64,000 bases of DNA, from positions 1,818 to 65,817 of the forward strand of contig CAZICY010000005.1 in the NCBI GenBank assembly GCA_964537955.1. Reading direction: 5' to 3'. Position 1 is the first letter of the stretch; each line of letters opens with the position of its first letter. Shown piece by piece: positions 1-10,150 of the stretch. The notes beneath the pieces were generated by a model. The model was given only the letters and a program-made list of their open reading frames with translations. It ran no database searches and was not told the origin of the DNA. The DNA comes from an uncultured Actinomyces sp. GTDB lineage: Bacteria > Actinomycetota > Actinomycetes > S36-B12. A program made the translations under genes and the position numbers.

Positions 1-275
1 TCGCGGAGAACGCGGGCGAGCAGGGCTACGTCGTGGTGAGCAAGGTGGCCGAGCTGCCCGTCGGGCAGGGCCTCAATGCCGCCACGGGCGTCTACGAGGA
101 CCTCATTGCGGCCGGTGTCATCGACCCCGTCAAGGTCACCAAGTCGGCCCTGTCCAACGCGGCGTCCATCGCCGGCATGCTCCTCACCACCGAGGCGCTC
201 GTCGTGGACAAGCCCGAGGAGGAGGAGCCCGCGGCGCACAGCCACGGTCACGGGCACCACGGTCACAGTCACTAA
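1..275 (+). CDS. groEL: Chaperonin GroEL (GroEL1 type, His-rich tail), 3' partial
   Basis: [42 protein letters not shown] is the GroEL C-terminus; ends [12 protein letters not shown], typical of actinobacterial GroEL1. Confidence 0.97.
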   Translation, partial: AENAGEQGYVVVSKVAELPVGQGLNAATGVYEDLIAAGVIDPVKVTKSALSNAASIAGMLLTTEALVVDKPEEEEPAAHSHGHGHHGHSH

Positions 276-320
276 GCGACCTCGTCCGAGGGCGCGCCGC
301 ACAAGACGGACCCCGCACAC

Positions 321-357
321 CAAAAAGCCCCACCCGGATCGCGGGTGGGGCTTTTTG
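321..357. terminator. Bidirectional intrinsic terminator
   Basis: CAAAAAGCCCCACCCG-gatcg-CGGGTGGGGCTTTTTG hairpin with A/T tracts on both sides, between convergent groEL and whiB. Confidence 0.9.
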
Positions 358-365
358 AGCTCGGA

Positions 366-668
366 TCAGACGGCCGCGGCCAGTCGGCGGCGTCGCTGCT
401 GCTGATAGATGGCCTCGCGGTCGTCCTCGCTCATGCCGCCCCAGACGCCGTACGGCTCGCGCACGGCGAGGGCGTGGGCGGCGCACTGGGCCAGGACCGG
501 GCAGGTCGCGCACACAGCCTTGGCCGCCCGCTCGCGCGCCTCGCGGGCGGGGCCGCGCTCGCCCTCGGGGTGGAAGAACGTGTCGGGGTCCTCGCCGCGG
601 CAGGCGCCGCTGAGCTGCCAGTCCCAGATGTCCGCATTGGGCCCGGGGAGCCGGGAGATATCCGCCAT
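366..668 (-). CDS. whiB3: WhiB-family Fe-S transcriptional regulator (WhiB3/WhiD type)
   Basis: MADISRLPGP..WDWQLSGAC..FFHPEGERG..C-x2-C-x5-C..EPYGVWGG; AAGGAGG SD 8 nt upstream of ATG at 668; groEL1-adjacent position. Confidence 0.92.
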   Translation of the reverse strand: MADISRLPGPNADIWDWQLSGACRGEDPDTFFHPEGERGPAREARERAAKAVCATCPVLAQCAAHALAVREPYGVWGGMSEDDREAIYQQQRRRRLAAAV

Positions 669-809
669 GGTGTGTGCCTCCTTGCCCGTAGGGGGTTGTT
701 CTGACCCTAGCAACCGCGCCATAAGTTGGTCAAGAGCTTGGATTGAACAATTTCTGAACTGGTTCGGGGCTCAGGATGCGCCCTCGGCTATGGGGCGGAG
801 AATGGGGGC

Positions 810-1769
810 ATGTCCACGGGCCCCGGCGAGTCGACCGCCCCGGCCCCGCCTCACGAGCCGGGGCTGACGGTGGCTGCCGTGGCGCGCCGCCTGGGGGTCG
901 CCCCCGCCACCTTGCGCACCTGGGACCGGCGGTACGGCCTCGGCCCGAGCCAGCACGCCGCTGGGGCGCACCGGCGCTACTCGCCGGCCGACGTGGCACG
1001 GCTGGAGCGCATGCGCCGGCTGGTGCTCGCCGGATTTCCTCCGGGCGAGGCGGCGCGCGCCGCGCAGGCCGACGACGCGCTTGAAGGCGACGGAGCGACG
1101 GCGACGCCACTCGTCGACGTGACCGCTCGGCAGGGCGGCGGGCACGTCGTCGCCATTCCCGGCGGCACTCCCAATGCACGCGGTCTCGCGCGCGCGGCCA
1201 TCGCCCTCGATGCCGACTCCTGCCGCAGCATCGTCGGCGAGACTCTCGATCGTCGCGGTGTCGTGTGGGCGTGGGACCACCTCATCGTGCCGGTGCTCAT
1301 CGGCATCGGACAGAAGTGGGAGCAGTCCGGACGCGGCATCGATGTGGAGCACGTGCTGTCCGAGGCCATCCAGGCGGAGTTCAGTGAGCGCGTGAGCAAG
1401 GCGCCGGCAACGTCACCGGCGACGGTCCTGCTGGCCGCCGCGCCCGGAGAGTTGCACGTGCTCCCGATGTGGGCGCTCGCCGCCGGGCTGGCAGAGCGGC
1501 AGGTGGCGATGCGCATGATGGGCGCGCGTACGCCCGCCGATGCCCTTGGCCAGGCCATGCGCCGCACGGGCCCGGGTGCTGTGCTGGTGTGGTCGCAGAC
1601 CCGTGAGACGGGCGATCCCGATGCCCTCGCCGGACTGCCCGACCTGCGGCCCGAGCCGCTCATCCTCCTCGGCGGGCCCGGCTGGTGGCCGGTGGAGCCC
1701 CCACGGGGCGAGCGCGTCAGCGACCTGTCCGAGGCGATCACCATGCTCGCGCGCGCCGCCGGCGCCTGA
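810..1769 (+). CDS. MerR-family regulator with cobalamin-binding domain (CarH/LitR-like)
   Basis: MerR HTH with TLRTWDRRYG; W-x9-EH (WEQSGRGIDVEH); E-x-H (GELHVLP); GARTP; Rossmann-like B12 domain. Confidence 0.85.
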   Translation: MSTGPGESTAPAPPHEPGLTVAAVARRLGVAPATLRTWDRRYGLGPSQHAAGAHRRYSPADVARLERMRRLVLAGFPPGEAARAAQADDALEGDGATATPLVDVTARQGGGHVVAIPGGTPNARGLARAAIALDADSCRSIVGETLDRRGVVWAWDHLIVPVLIGIGQKWEQSGRGIDVEHVLSEAIQAEFSERVSKAPATSPATVLLAAAPGELHVLPMWALAAGLAERQVAMRMMGARTPADALGQAMRRTGPGAVLVWSQTRETGDPDALAGLPDLRPEPLILLGGPGWWPVEPPRGERVSDLSEAITMLARAAGA

Positions 1770-1771
1770 CC

Positions 1772-2518
1772 GTGCCCGCTGCCGACACCTGGCAGGCCGC
1801 GGTCGACCTCGGTGCTCGCGGCCGGTACGCCGAGGCCGAGGCCCTGGCCCGCTCGCTCGTCGCCGCACGCGACAGGTGGTCGTCACTGGCCCTGTCCCTG
1901 ATCGCCAGCCACCGTCGCCAGGTGGGCGAGCTGAACTCAGCAACCCGGTGCGACGCCGACGCCCTTGAGGCGGCTACGGACGCGCAGTCGAGAGCCGAGG
2001 CAATGGTGGGACTCGCTGCGGATGCGGTGGCGTCCGGGGACGCCGACGGTGCGGCCGTGCGACTCGAGGACGCGGCGAGCGAATGCGCCGCCGATTGGCG
2101 GACCCTCACACGCTGGCACTGGGTCTCGGCCGAGCACGCGCTCCTGTCGGGTGACCGGGTGCGCGCGGTCGATCATGCGCGAGATGCGCTCGCGGTGTGC
2201 GCGGGGCGGTCGGCGCGGCACGAGGCCAAGTCGCGCATCATCTGGGCCGCGGCGAGTGGTCAGGCGCGGGACCTGCCTGTCCTCAGTCCGATCCTGCGCG
2301 AGGGGGGATGGGTCACGCTCGAGTGGCCGCTGGCCCTCGTCGCCGCGGACCATCCCGATGGGCTGCCCCCCGCCTGGCGGGCGCAGGCGTGGGAGGCCGG
2401 CCGTGCAGCGACGTACGCGATCGAGGAGGGGCTCCCGGAGGGACTGCGTGGCGTGTGGCGTGACCAGCCCGGCGTCCTTCGCCTGCGGGAGCAGGGGGCT
2501 CCCCGCGGGGGCGAGTAG
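1772..2518 (+). CDS. Conserved helical hypothetical protein (resembles mycobacterial Rv3415c family)
   Basis: GTG 2 nt after previous stop; Ala-rich helical sequence with AMVGLAADA and RHEAKS; position between whiB3 and guaB. Confidence 0.6.
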   Translation: MPAADTWQAAVDLGARGRYAEAEALARSLVAARDRWSSLALSLIASHRRQVGELNSATRCDADALEAATDAQSRAEAMVGLAADAVASGDADGAAVRLEDAASECAADWRTLTRWHWVSAEHALLSGDRVRAVDHARDALAVCAGRSARHEAKSRIIWAAASGQARDLPVLSPILREGGWVTLEWPLALVAADHPDGLPPAWRAQAWEAGRAATYAIEEGLPEGLRGVWRDQPGVLRLREQGAPRGGE

Positions 2519-4027
<1,509 letters not shown>

Positions 4028-4034
4028 GACAGCC

Positions 4035-5150
4035 GTGGCAGAGATCGAGATCGGCCGCGGCAAGCGCGGCCGGGTGGCCTACTCCCTCGACGAGGTCGCT
4101 ATCGCGCCGAGTCGGCGCACCCGAGACGCCGACGAGGTGTCGACCGCGTGGCAGATCGACGCCTATCGCTTCGAGGCGCCCGTCATGGCGGCCCCCATGG
4201 ACTCCGTGGTCTCGCCCGGCAGCGCGATCGCCCTCGGTCGACTCGGCATCCCCGCGGCCCTCAACCTCGAGGGACTGTGGACCCGCTACGCCGACCCGAC
4301 CCCCCAGCTCGAGCAGATCCAGCGAGCGCCCGCGCACGAGGCGACCGCGCTGCTCCAGCGCGTCTACGGCGAGGCGAAGGTCGATGAGGGTCTCGTGGCC
4401 GAGCGCCTGCGCCAGATCCGCGACGCAGGGGTGACCGTGGCAGCAGGTGTCTCGCCGCAGGCGGCCGCGCGCCTGGCCCCCGTCGCGGTCGCCGCGGGGA
4501 TCGACCTTCTCGTCATCCGCGGCACCACGGTGTCCGCCGAGCACGTGTCCGCGGGTCATGCGCCGCTGAACCTCAAGACCTTCATCTACGACCTTGAGGT
4601 CCCCGTCATCGTCGGAGGCTGCGCGACCTACCAGGCGGCACTCCACCTCATGCGCACGGGCGCGGCCGGCGTGCTCGTCGGGTTCGGGGGTGGCGCGGCC
4701 CACACGACGTCGGACGTCCTCGGGATCCGCGTCCCGATGGCCAGTGCCATCGCCGACGTCGCTGCGGCGCGTCGCGACTACCTCGACGAGTCCGGTGGCC
4801 GCTACGTCCACGTCATCGCCGACGGATCGGTGGGATCCTCCGGGGCGCTGGTCAAGGCCATCGCGTGCGGGGCTGACGCGGCGATGGTGGGTTCGCTCCT
4901 CGCCCGCGCGAGCGATGCACCCGGGCGGGGTGTGCACTGGGGGGCAGAGGCCTGGCATGCGCACCTGCCGCGCGGGGAGCGCAAGGAGCTCGGGGTCGTC
5001 GGCACCCTCGAGCAGATCCTGCGCGGGCCGTCCACGCATGCCGACGGATCCGCCAACATCATCGGGGCGCTGCGCAAGGCGATGGCGACGACGGGCTACA
5101 GCGACCTCAAGGAGTTCCAGCGCATCGATGTCGTCCTCGACCCGGAGTGA
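4035..5150 (+). CDS. guaB3: GuaB3-family IMP dehydrogenase-related protein
   Basis: EIEIGRGKRGRVAYSLDE, LNLEGLWTRY, RRDYLDESGGRYVHVIADG; follows guaB. Confidence 0.93.
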   Translation: MAEIEIGRGKRGRVAYSLDEVAIAPSRRTRDADEVSTAWQIDAYRFEAPVMAAPMDSVVSPGSAIALGRLGIPAALNLEGLWTRYADPTPQLEQIQRAPAHEATALLQRVYGEAKVDEGLVAERLRQIRDAGVTVAAGVSPQAAARLAPVAVAAGIDLLVIRGTTVSAEHVSAGHAPLNLKTFIYDLEVPVIVGGCATYQAALHLMRTGAAGVLVGFGGGAAHTTSDVLGIRVPMASAIADVAAARRDYLDESGGRYVHVIADGSVGSSGALVKAIACGADAAMVGSLLARASDAPGRGVHWGAEAWHAHLPRGERKELGVVGTLEQILRGPSTHADGSANIIGALRKAMATTGYSDLKEFQRIDVVLDPE

Positions 5151-5192
5151 CCTGTCCACGACATGTCTGCGCACGGGGGGGAGAATGGTGCC

Positions 5193-6845
5193 GTGACCGG
5201 TGCCGATGACCGTCTCAGCCTTGCTTCGCGGGCTCGGTCGATCGCGTACCTGCGCGACCATGCCGTTGATGTCGCGGTGATCGGCGGCGGAGTCGTCGGG
5301 AGCGGCGCCGCACTCGACGCCGCTGCGCGCGGGCTCACCGTCGCCCTCATCGAGCAGAGCGATCTCGCGGCCGGCACCTCATCGCGCTCCTCACGTCTCG
5401 CGCACGGCGGTCTGCGCTACCTCGAGCAGCGGGAGTTCTCCCTCGTGCACGAGGCCCTCACCGAGCGCGGGCTGCTCCTGGACCGACTCGCACCCCACCT
5501 GGTCCGGCCCATCCCCTTCCTCTTCCCCGTGGGGCGCAAGTGGGAGCGCCCCTACGTCGCCTCCGGGGTCCGCCTCTACGACGCCCTGAGCCGCGTCGGC
5601 AGCTACGGCGGCACGATGCCCCGCCCCAAGAGCCTCAACGCCGACGAGGCCAAAGCGCTCGCACCCGACCTGGATGCTGGCGAGATCGCCGGAGCCGTCC
5701 GCTTCCACGATGCGCAGATCGACGATGCCCGTCACACCGTCGCCGTGGCGCGCACGGCGGCGTCGTACGGCGCGCACGTCCTCACGCGTGTTCGCGTGGA
5801 GGACCTGCTCAGGGATGGCGAGCGGGTGACCGGAGTCCGTGTCGAGGACGAGATCACCTGCGAGCGCCTGGACATCCGAGCCCGGGTGGTGATCGCGGCG
5901 GCCGGCATCTGGACCGACGACGTCCTGCGCATGGTCGATGCGCAGGCCCCCGAGCGCGTCCAGCAGAGCAAGGGAGTCCACCTCGTCGTGCGCGGTGAGG
6001 CGATCCGATCGACGACGGCGATCATCGCCCGCACCCCGGCGAGCGTGCTCTTCCTGCTCCCCTGGGGCGGCGACTGGATCGTGGGCACGACCGACACCGA
6101 GCGGGACCCCGATGAGGGCCTGGCCGACCCCGAGGCGACGGAGGAGGAGATCTCCTACCTGCTCGGACAGGCCAATCGCTGGCTGGCCCGGCCGCTGCGA
6201 CGCGAGGATGTCATCGGCACCTATGCCGGATACCGCCCGCTCGTCGCCGAGGAGTCCGCCGAGGCGACCACGCAGGTGTCCCGCGAGCACATGGTCTTCC
6301 ACCCAGTGCCGGGCCTCGTGGCGATCGCCGGGGGCAAGTACACGACGTACCGAGTCATGGCAGCCGATGCCGTCGACGCCGCGGTTGCGGATCTCGACGG
6401 CGACTCCGTGCCCGGGTCCTCCACGGCCGAGATCCCGCTGGTGGGTGCGGTGGGATTCGCCGACCTGTGGGCCGACCGGGCGAGCCTTGCGCAGAGGTGG
6501 GACCTGCCGGTCGAGACGGTCGAGCGTCTGCTGCGTCGCCATGGATCGCGTGTGAGCGAGGTCTTCGACGCGCTCGACGCGGATCCGACGCTGCGCGAGC
6601 CGCTCCCGCCCGAGGGCCGCCACCTCGCCGCCGAGGCGGTGATCGCGGTCACCCACCAGGGCGCCCTCGATCTCGAGGATGTCCTCGTCAGGCGCCTGCG
6701 CCTGACACCTGAGTCCACAGACCACGGGCGGGCCGCGGCCGCCGCCGTGGCTCCCCTCATCGCCCCGGCGCTGGGTTGGGACGAGGGCAGGGTGGCCGCG
6801 GAGATCGCGGCGTACTCCGACCGGCACCCCCTCGCCCGCGCGTAG
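5193..6845 (+). CDS. glpD: FAD-dependent glycerol-3-phosphate dehydrogenase/oxidase
   Basis: VIGGGVVG, GTSSRSSRLAHGGLRYL, SKGVHL, GGKYTTYR; GTG at 5193 chosen because GAGAAT lies 6 nt upstream (alternative ATG 5163). Confidence 0.9.
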   Translation: MTGADDRLSLASRARSIAYLRDHAVDVAVIGGGVVGSGAALDAAARGLTVALIEQSDLAAGTSSRSSRLAHGGLRYLEQREFSLVHEALTERGLLLDRLAPHLVRPIPFLFPVGRKWERPYVASGVRLYDALSRVGSYGGTMPRPKSLNADEAKALAPDLDAGEIAGAVRFHDAQIDDARHTVAVARTAASYGAHVLTRVRVEDLLRDGERVTGVRVEDEITCERLDIRARVVIAAAGIWTDDVLRMVDAQAPERVQQSKGVHLVVRGEAIRSTTAIIARTPASVLFLLPWGGDWIVGTTDTERDPDEGLADPEATEEEISYLLGQANRWLARPLRREDVIGTYAGYRPLVAEESAEATTQVSREHMVFHPVPGLVAIAGGKYTTYRVMAADAVDAAVADLDGDSVPGSSTAEIPLVGAVGFADLWADRASLAQRWDLPVETVERLLRRHGSRVSEVFDALDADPTLREPLPPEGRHLAAEAVIAVTHQGALDLEDVLVRRLRLTPESTDHGRAAAAAVAPLIAPALGWDEGRVAAEIAAYSDRHPLARA

Positions 6846-6854
6846 GCTGGCCGC

Positions 6855-8402
6855 ATGGCCATCCTCTCGGCGCCCCCCGCCTCCGCCTCCCTCGTCTCAC
6901 GTCTCGCCGTCGCGCCCGACGCGGACACCCGCGACGTGCGCGCCCCCTTCACCGGAGAGGTGCTCTATCGGTTGCCGCTCGCGACGGAGTACGACGTGGC
7001 CAGCGCTGCGGCGCGCGCGCGCTCGGTGCAAAGGGAATGGGCCGATCGCCCCGTGCGCGACCGCTTGCGCATCATGCGCCGCTTCCACGATCTGGTCATT
7101 GCCAAGAGAGACGAAGCCCTCGACCTCCTGCAGTGGGAGGTGGGCAAGGCGCGCGCCGATGCGCTCGAGGAAGTGCTCGATGTCGCCGTCGTGACCCAGT
7201 ACTACACGCGCACCGCCACCAAGCTGCTGCGCCCGCGTCGAGTGCGCGGAGCCCTGCCGCTTCTCGTAGGGGTGGAGGAGCTGCGCAAGCCGGTCGGGCT
7301 GGTGGGCATCATCGCGCCCTGGAACTACCCGCTCACCCTCGCCGCGAGCGACGCGGTGCCCGCGCTGCTCGCCGGCAACGGCGTCCTGCTGAAGCCGGAC
7401 CCGCAGACGACCCTGGTCGCCGCGTGGGTGCTCGAGCAGATGCTCCTCGCCGGCCTGCCCGATGGCCTCATGGCCATCATCCCGGGGGAGGGTCCGGTCG
7501 CCGGGCCGCTCGTCATCGACACGGTCGACCACGTGATGTTCACGGGCTCGACCGCCACGGGTCGCGTCGTGGCCGAGCGCTGCGCGAAGCGGCTTATCGA
7601 GTGCACCCTCGAGCTCGGTGGCAAGAACGCCATGATCGTGCGGGCGGACGTCGACCCGGCGAAGGCGGCCGAGACGGCTGTGCGCGCCTGCTTCGCCAAC
7701 GCCGGCCAACTGTGCATCTCCATGGAGCGCATCTACGTCCACGTCGACGTCTACGACGCCTTCCTCGCCCACTTCATCCCGCGCGTCCTGTCGATGCGGA
7801 TCGCCTCGGGCCCTGGCTGGGAGGGCGACATCGGCTGCCTCGTGTCGCCTGTGCACCTCGATCGCGTCACGGCCCATGTCGACGAGGCCGTCGGGATGGG
7901 TGCCACCGTCCTCGCCGGCGGCCGCGCTCGGCCGGACATCGGGCCGCTGGCCTTCGAGCCGACCGTGCTCGCCGACGTGACCGAGTCCATGACGCTGTGC
8001 CGCGAGGAGACCTTCGGTCCGGTGGCCGCCGTCTATCCCGTCCACGACGACGAGGAGGCGGTGCGCCGAGCCAACGACACGACGTACGGCCTAAACGCCT
8101 CGATCCTCACCCGTGACCTGCGCGAGGGACGGCGCCTGGCCCGGCGCCTGCGCACGGGGTCGGTCAACGTCAACGAGGGCTACGCCGCGTCGTGGGGGTC
8201 CACGGCAGCGGCCATGGGAGGCGTCGGCGACTCGGGCCTCGGCCACCGGCACGGGGAGGGGGGCCTGCTCAACTACACCGAGCCCCAGGCGATCGCGACC
8301 CAGCGACTTCTCGGCTTCGGCCCCCAGCTCGGCCTCGACGCGCAACGATGGGGCCAGTTCCTCGCCACGGCGGTGGGCACGATGGGCCGGCTTCGGCTCT
8401 AG
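6855..8402 (+). CDS. Aldehyde dehydrogenase (succinic semialdehyde dehydrogenase-like)
   Basis: PWNYP, FTGSTATG, LELGGKN, NAGQLC, EETFGP. Confidence 0.9.
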   Translation: MAILSAPPASASLVSRLAVAPDADTRDVRAPFTGEVLYRLPLATEYDVASAAARARSVQREWADRPVRDRLRIMRRFHDLVIAKRDEALDLLQWEVGKARADALEEVLDVAVVTQYYTRTATKLLRPRRVRGALPLLVGVEELRKPVGLVGIIAPWNYPLTLAASDAVPALLAGNGVLLKPDPQTTLVAAWVLEQMLLAGLPDGLMAIIPGEGPVAGPLVIDTVDHVMFTGSTATGRVVAERCAKRLIECTLELGGKNAMIVRADVDPAKAAETAVRACFANAGQLCISMERIYVHVDVYDAFLAHFIPRVLSMRIASGPGWEGDIGCLVSPVHLDRVTAHVDEAVGMGATVLAGGRARPDIGPLAFEPTVLADVTESMTLCREETFGPVAAVYPVHDDEEAVRRANDTTYGLNASILTRDLREGRRLARRLRTGSVNVNEGYAASWGSTAAAMGGVGDSGLGHRHGEGGLLNYTEPQAIATQRLLGFGPQLGLDAQRWGQFLATAVGTMGRLRL

Positions 8403-8451
8403 TTCTCGGTCACGCACGGCTCCGCACGGACCTCGGCACAGGGAGGCGCAC

Positions 8452-10146
8452 ATGGCTGGCTTCGACTACGACGTCCTCGTCGTGGGCTCCGGCTTCGGCG
8501 GCTCCGTGGCGGCGCTGCGCCTCACGGAGAAGGGCTACCGCGTCGGTGTCCTCGAGGCGGGTCGGCGCTTCACCGACGCCGACTTCCCCCAGACGTCATG
8601 GCGCCTGCGCCGCTTCCTGTGGGCTCCGGCCCTGGGGTGCACGGGGATCCAGCGCATCCATGTCCTCAAGGACGTCGTGGTCCTCGCCGGCGCCGGCGTC
8701 GGGGGCGGCTCCCTCGTCTACGCCAACACCCTCTACGTGCCGCCGAAGCGGTTCTTCGAGGACAAGCAGTGGGCGCACATCACCGACTGGGCCAGCGAGC
8801 TCGCCCCCTACTACGACCAGGCATCGCGCATGCTCGGCGTGGTCACCAACCCGACCATGACCCCCAGCGACGAGGTGATGAAGGCCGTCGCTGACGAGAT
8901 GGGCGTGGGGCACACCTTCCAGATGACCCCCGTCGGCGTCTACTTCGGCGATGGCCCCGGCGTGGTGAAGGCGGACCCGTTCTTCGGTGGGGTGGGACCG
9001 GAGCGCACGGGCTGCACGGAGTGCGGCGAGTGCATGACCGGGTGCCGTCATAACGCCAAGAACACCCTCCCCAAGAACTACCTCGGCCTCGCCGAGGCGG
9101 CCGGTGCCGTGGTCCATCCCCTCACGACGGTGACCTCCATCGAGCCGCGCGAGGGCGGCGGCTACACGATCACGACCAGGCGCACGGGCAGCCTGTCGCG
9201 GCGCGCACGCACCTTCACGGCCGAGCAGGTCGTGATGGCGGCGGGCACCTACAACACGCAGAAGCTCCTGCACCGCATGAAGGACGAGGGCAAGCTCCCG
9301 CGGCTCTCGCGCATGCTCGGGCGCCTGTCGCGCACGAACTCGGAGTCGATCCTCGGCGCCGTCGCGAGGTCGCCGAAGGCCGACTACACCCGCGGTGTGG
9401 CCATCACGTCCAGCTTCTTCCCCGACGATGTGGGCACGCATGTGGAGCCTTGCCGCTACGGCAAGGGCTCCAATTCGATGGGTCTGCTCCAGTCGGTCAT
9501 CACCGTCCCCCGTCCTGGTGAAGCCCGCTGGCGGACGTGGACCAAGGAGCTGTGGCGCCAGCGCGCCAATGCGGCGTACCTCGTCAATGTGCGCAAGTGG
9601 AGTGAGCGGGCCGTCATCTCCCTGGTCATGCAGCCGGTGGACAACTCCCTCACGCTCACCGGCAAGCGAGGCCGACTCGGCTGGCGCCTGGCGACCAACA
9701 AGGACGAGTCCAACCCCGCTCCGTCGTACATCCCGATCTCGGACGAGGTCGTGCACCGCATCGCCGACCAGATCGACGGTGTCGCCGGTTCGAATGCCTT
9801 CGACAACTTCGACGCGGTCATGACCGCGCACTTCGTCGGCGGATGCGTCATCGGGGCCGACGAGGAGACGGGCGTGGTGGACGCCTATCACCGCGCCTTC
9901 GGGCATCCCGGCCTCCACGTCGTGGACGGCGCCGCGATCACCGCCAACCTCGGCGTCAACCCTTCGCTCACCATCACCGCTCAGGCGGAGCGCGCCATGG
10001 CGATGTGGCCCAACAGGGGCGAGGACGACGTGAGGCCAGAGCTGGGCAGTGCCTACGTCGCCGTCCAGGCCGTCGCCCCGAAGAACCCCTTCGTGCCCGA
10101 GCACGCTCCCGGTGCTCTGCGGCTGCCGATCGTTGAGGTTCGCTGA
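8452..10146 (+). CDS. choD: GMC oxidoreductase / cholesterol oxidase ChoD-like
   Basis: DYDVLVVGSGFGGSVAALRLTEKGY, CTECGECMTGC, NLGVNPSLTITAQAERA; GGGAGG SD. Confidence 0.88.
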   Translation: MAGFDYDVLVVGSGFGGSVAALRLTEKGYRVGVLEAGRRFTDADFPQTSWRLRRFLWAPALGCTGIQRIHVLKDVVVLAGAGVGGGSLVYANTLYVPPKRFFEDKQWAHITDWASELAPYYDQASRMLGVVTNPTMTPSDEVMKAVADEMGVGHTFQMTPVGVYFGDGPGVVKADPFFGGVGPERTGCTECGECMTGCRHNAKNTLPKNYLGLAEAAGAVVHPLTTVTSIEPREGGGYTITTRRTGSLSRRARTFTAEQVVMAAGTYNTQKLLHRMKDEGKLPRLSRMLGRLSRTNSESILGAVARSPKADYTRGVAITSSFFPDDVGTHVEPCRYGKGSNSMGLLQSVITVPRPGEARWRTWTKELWRQRANAAYLVNVRKWSERAVISLVMQPVDNSLTLTGKRGRLGWRLATNKDESNPAPSYIPISDEVVHRIADQIDGVAGSNAFDNFDAVMTAHFVGGCVIGADEETGVVDAYHRAFGHPGLHVVDGAAITANLGVNPSLTITAQAERAMAMWPNRGEDDVRPELGSAYVAVQAVAPKNPFVPEHAPGALRLPIVEVR

Positions 10147-10150
10147 CGCT

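Noticed and set aside
228..275. His-rich GroEL tail as a novelty
   Set aside because: Well-known feature of actinobacterial GroEL1
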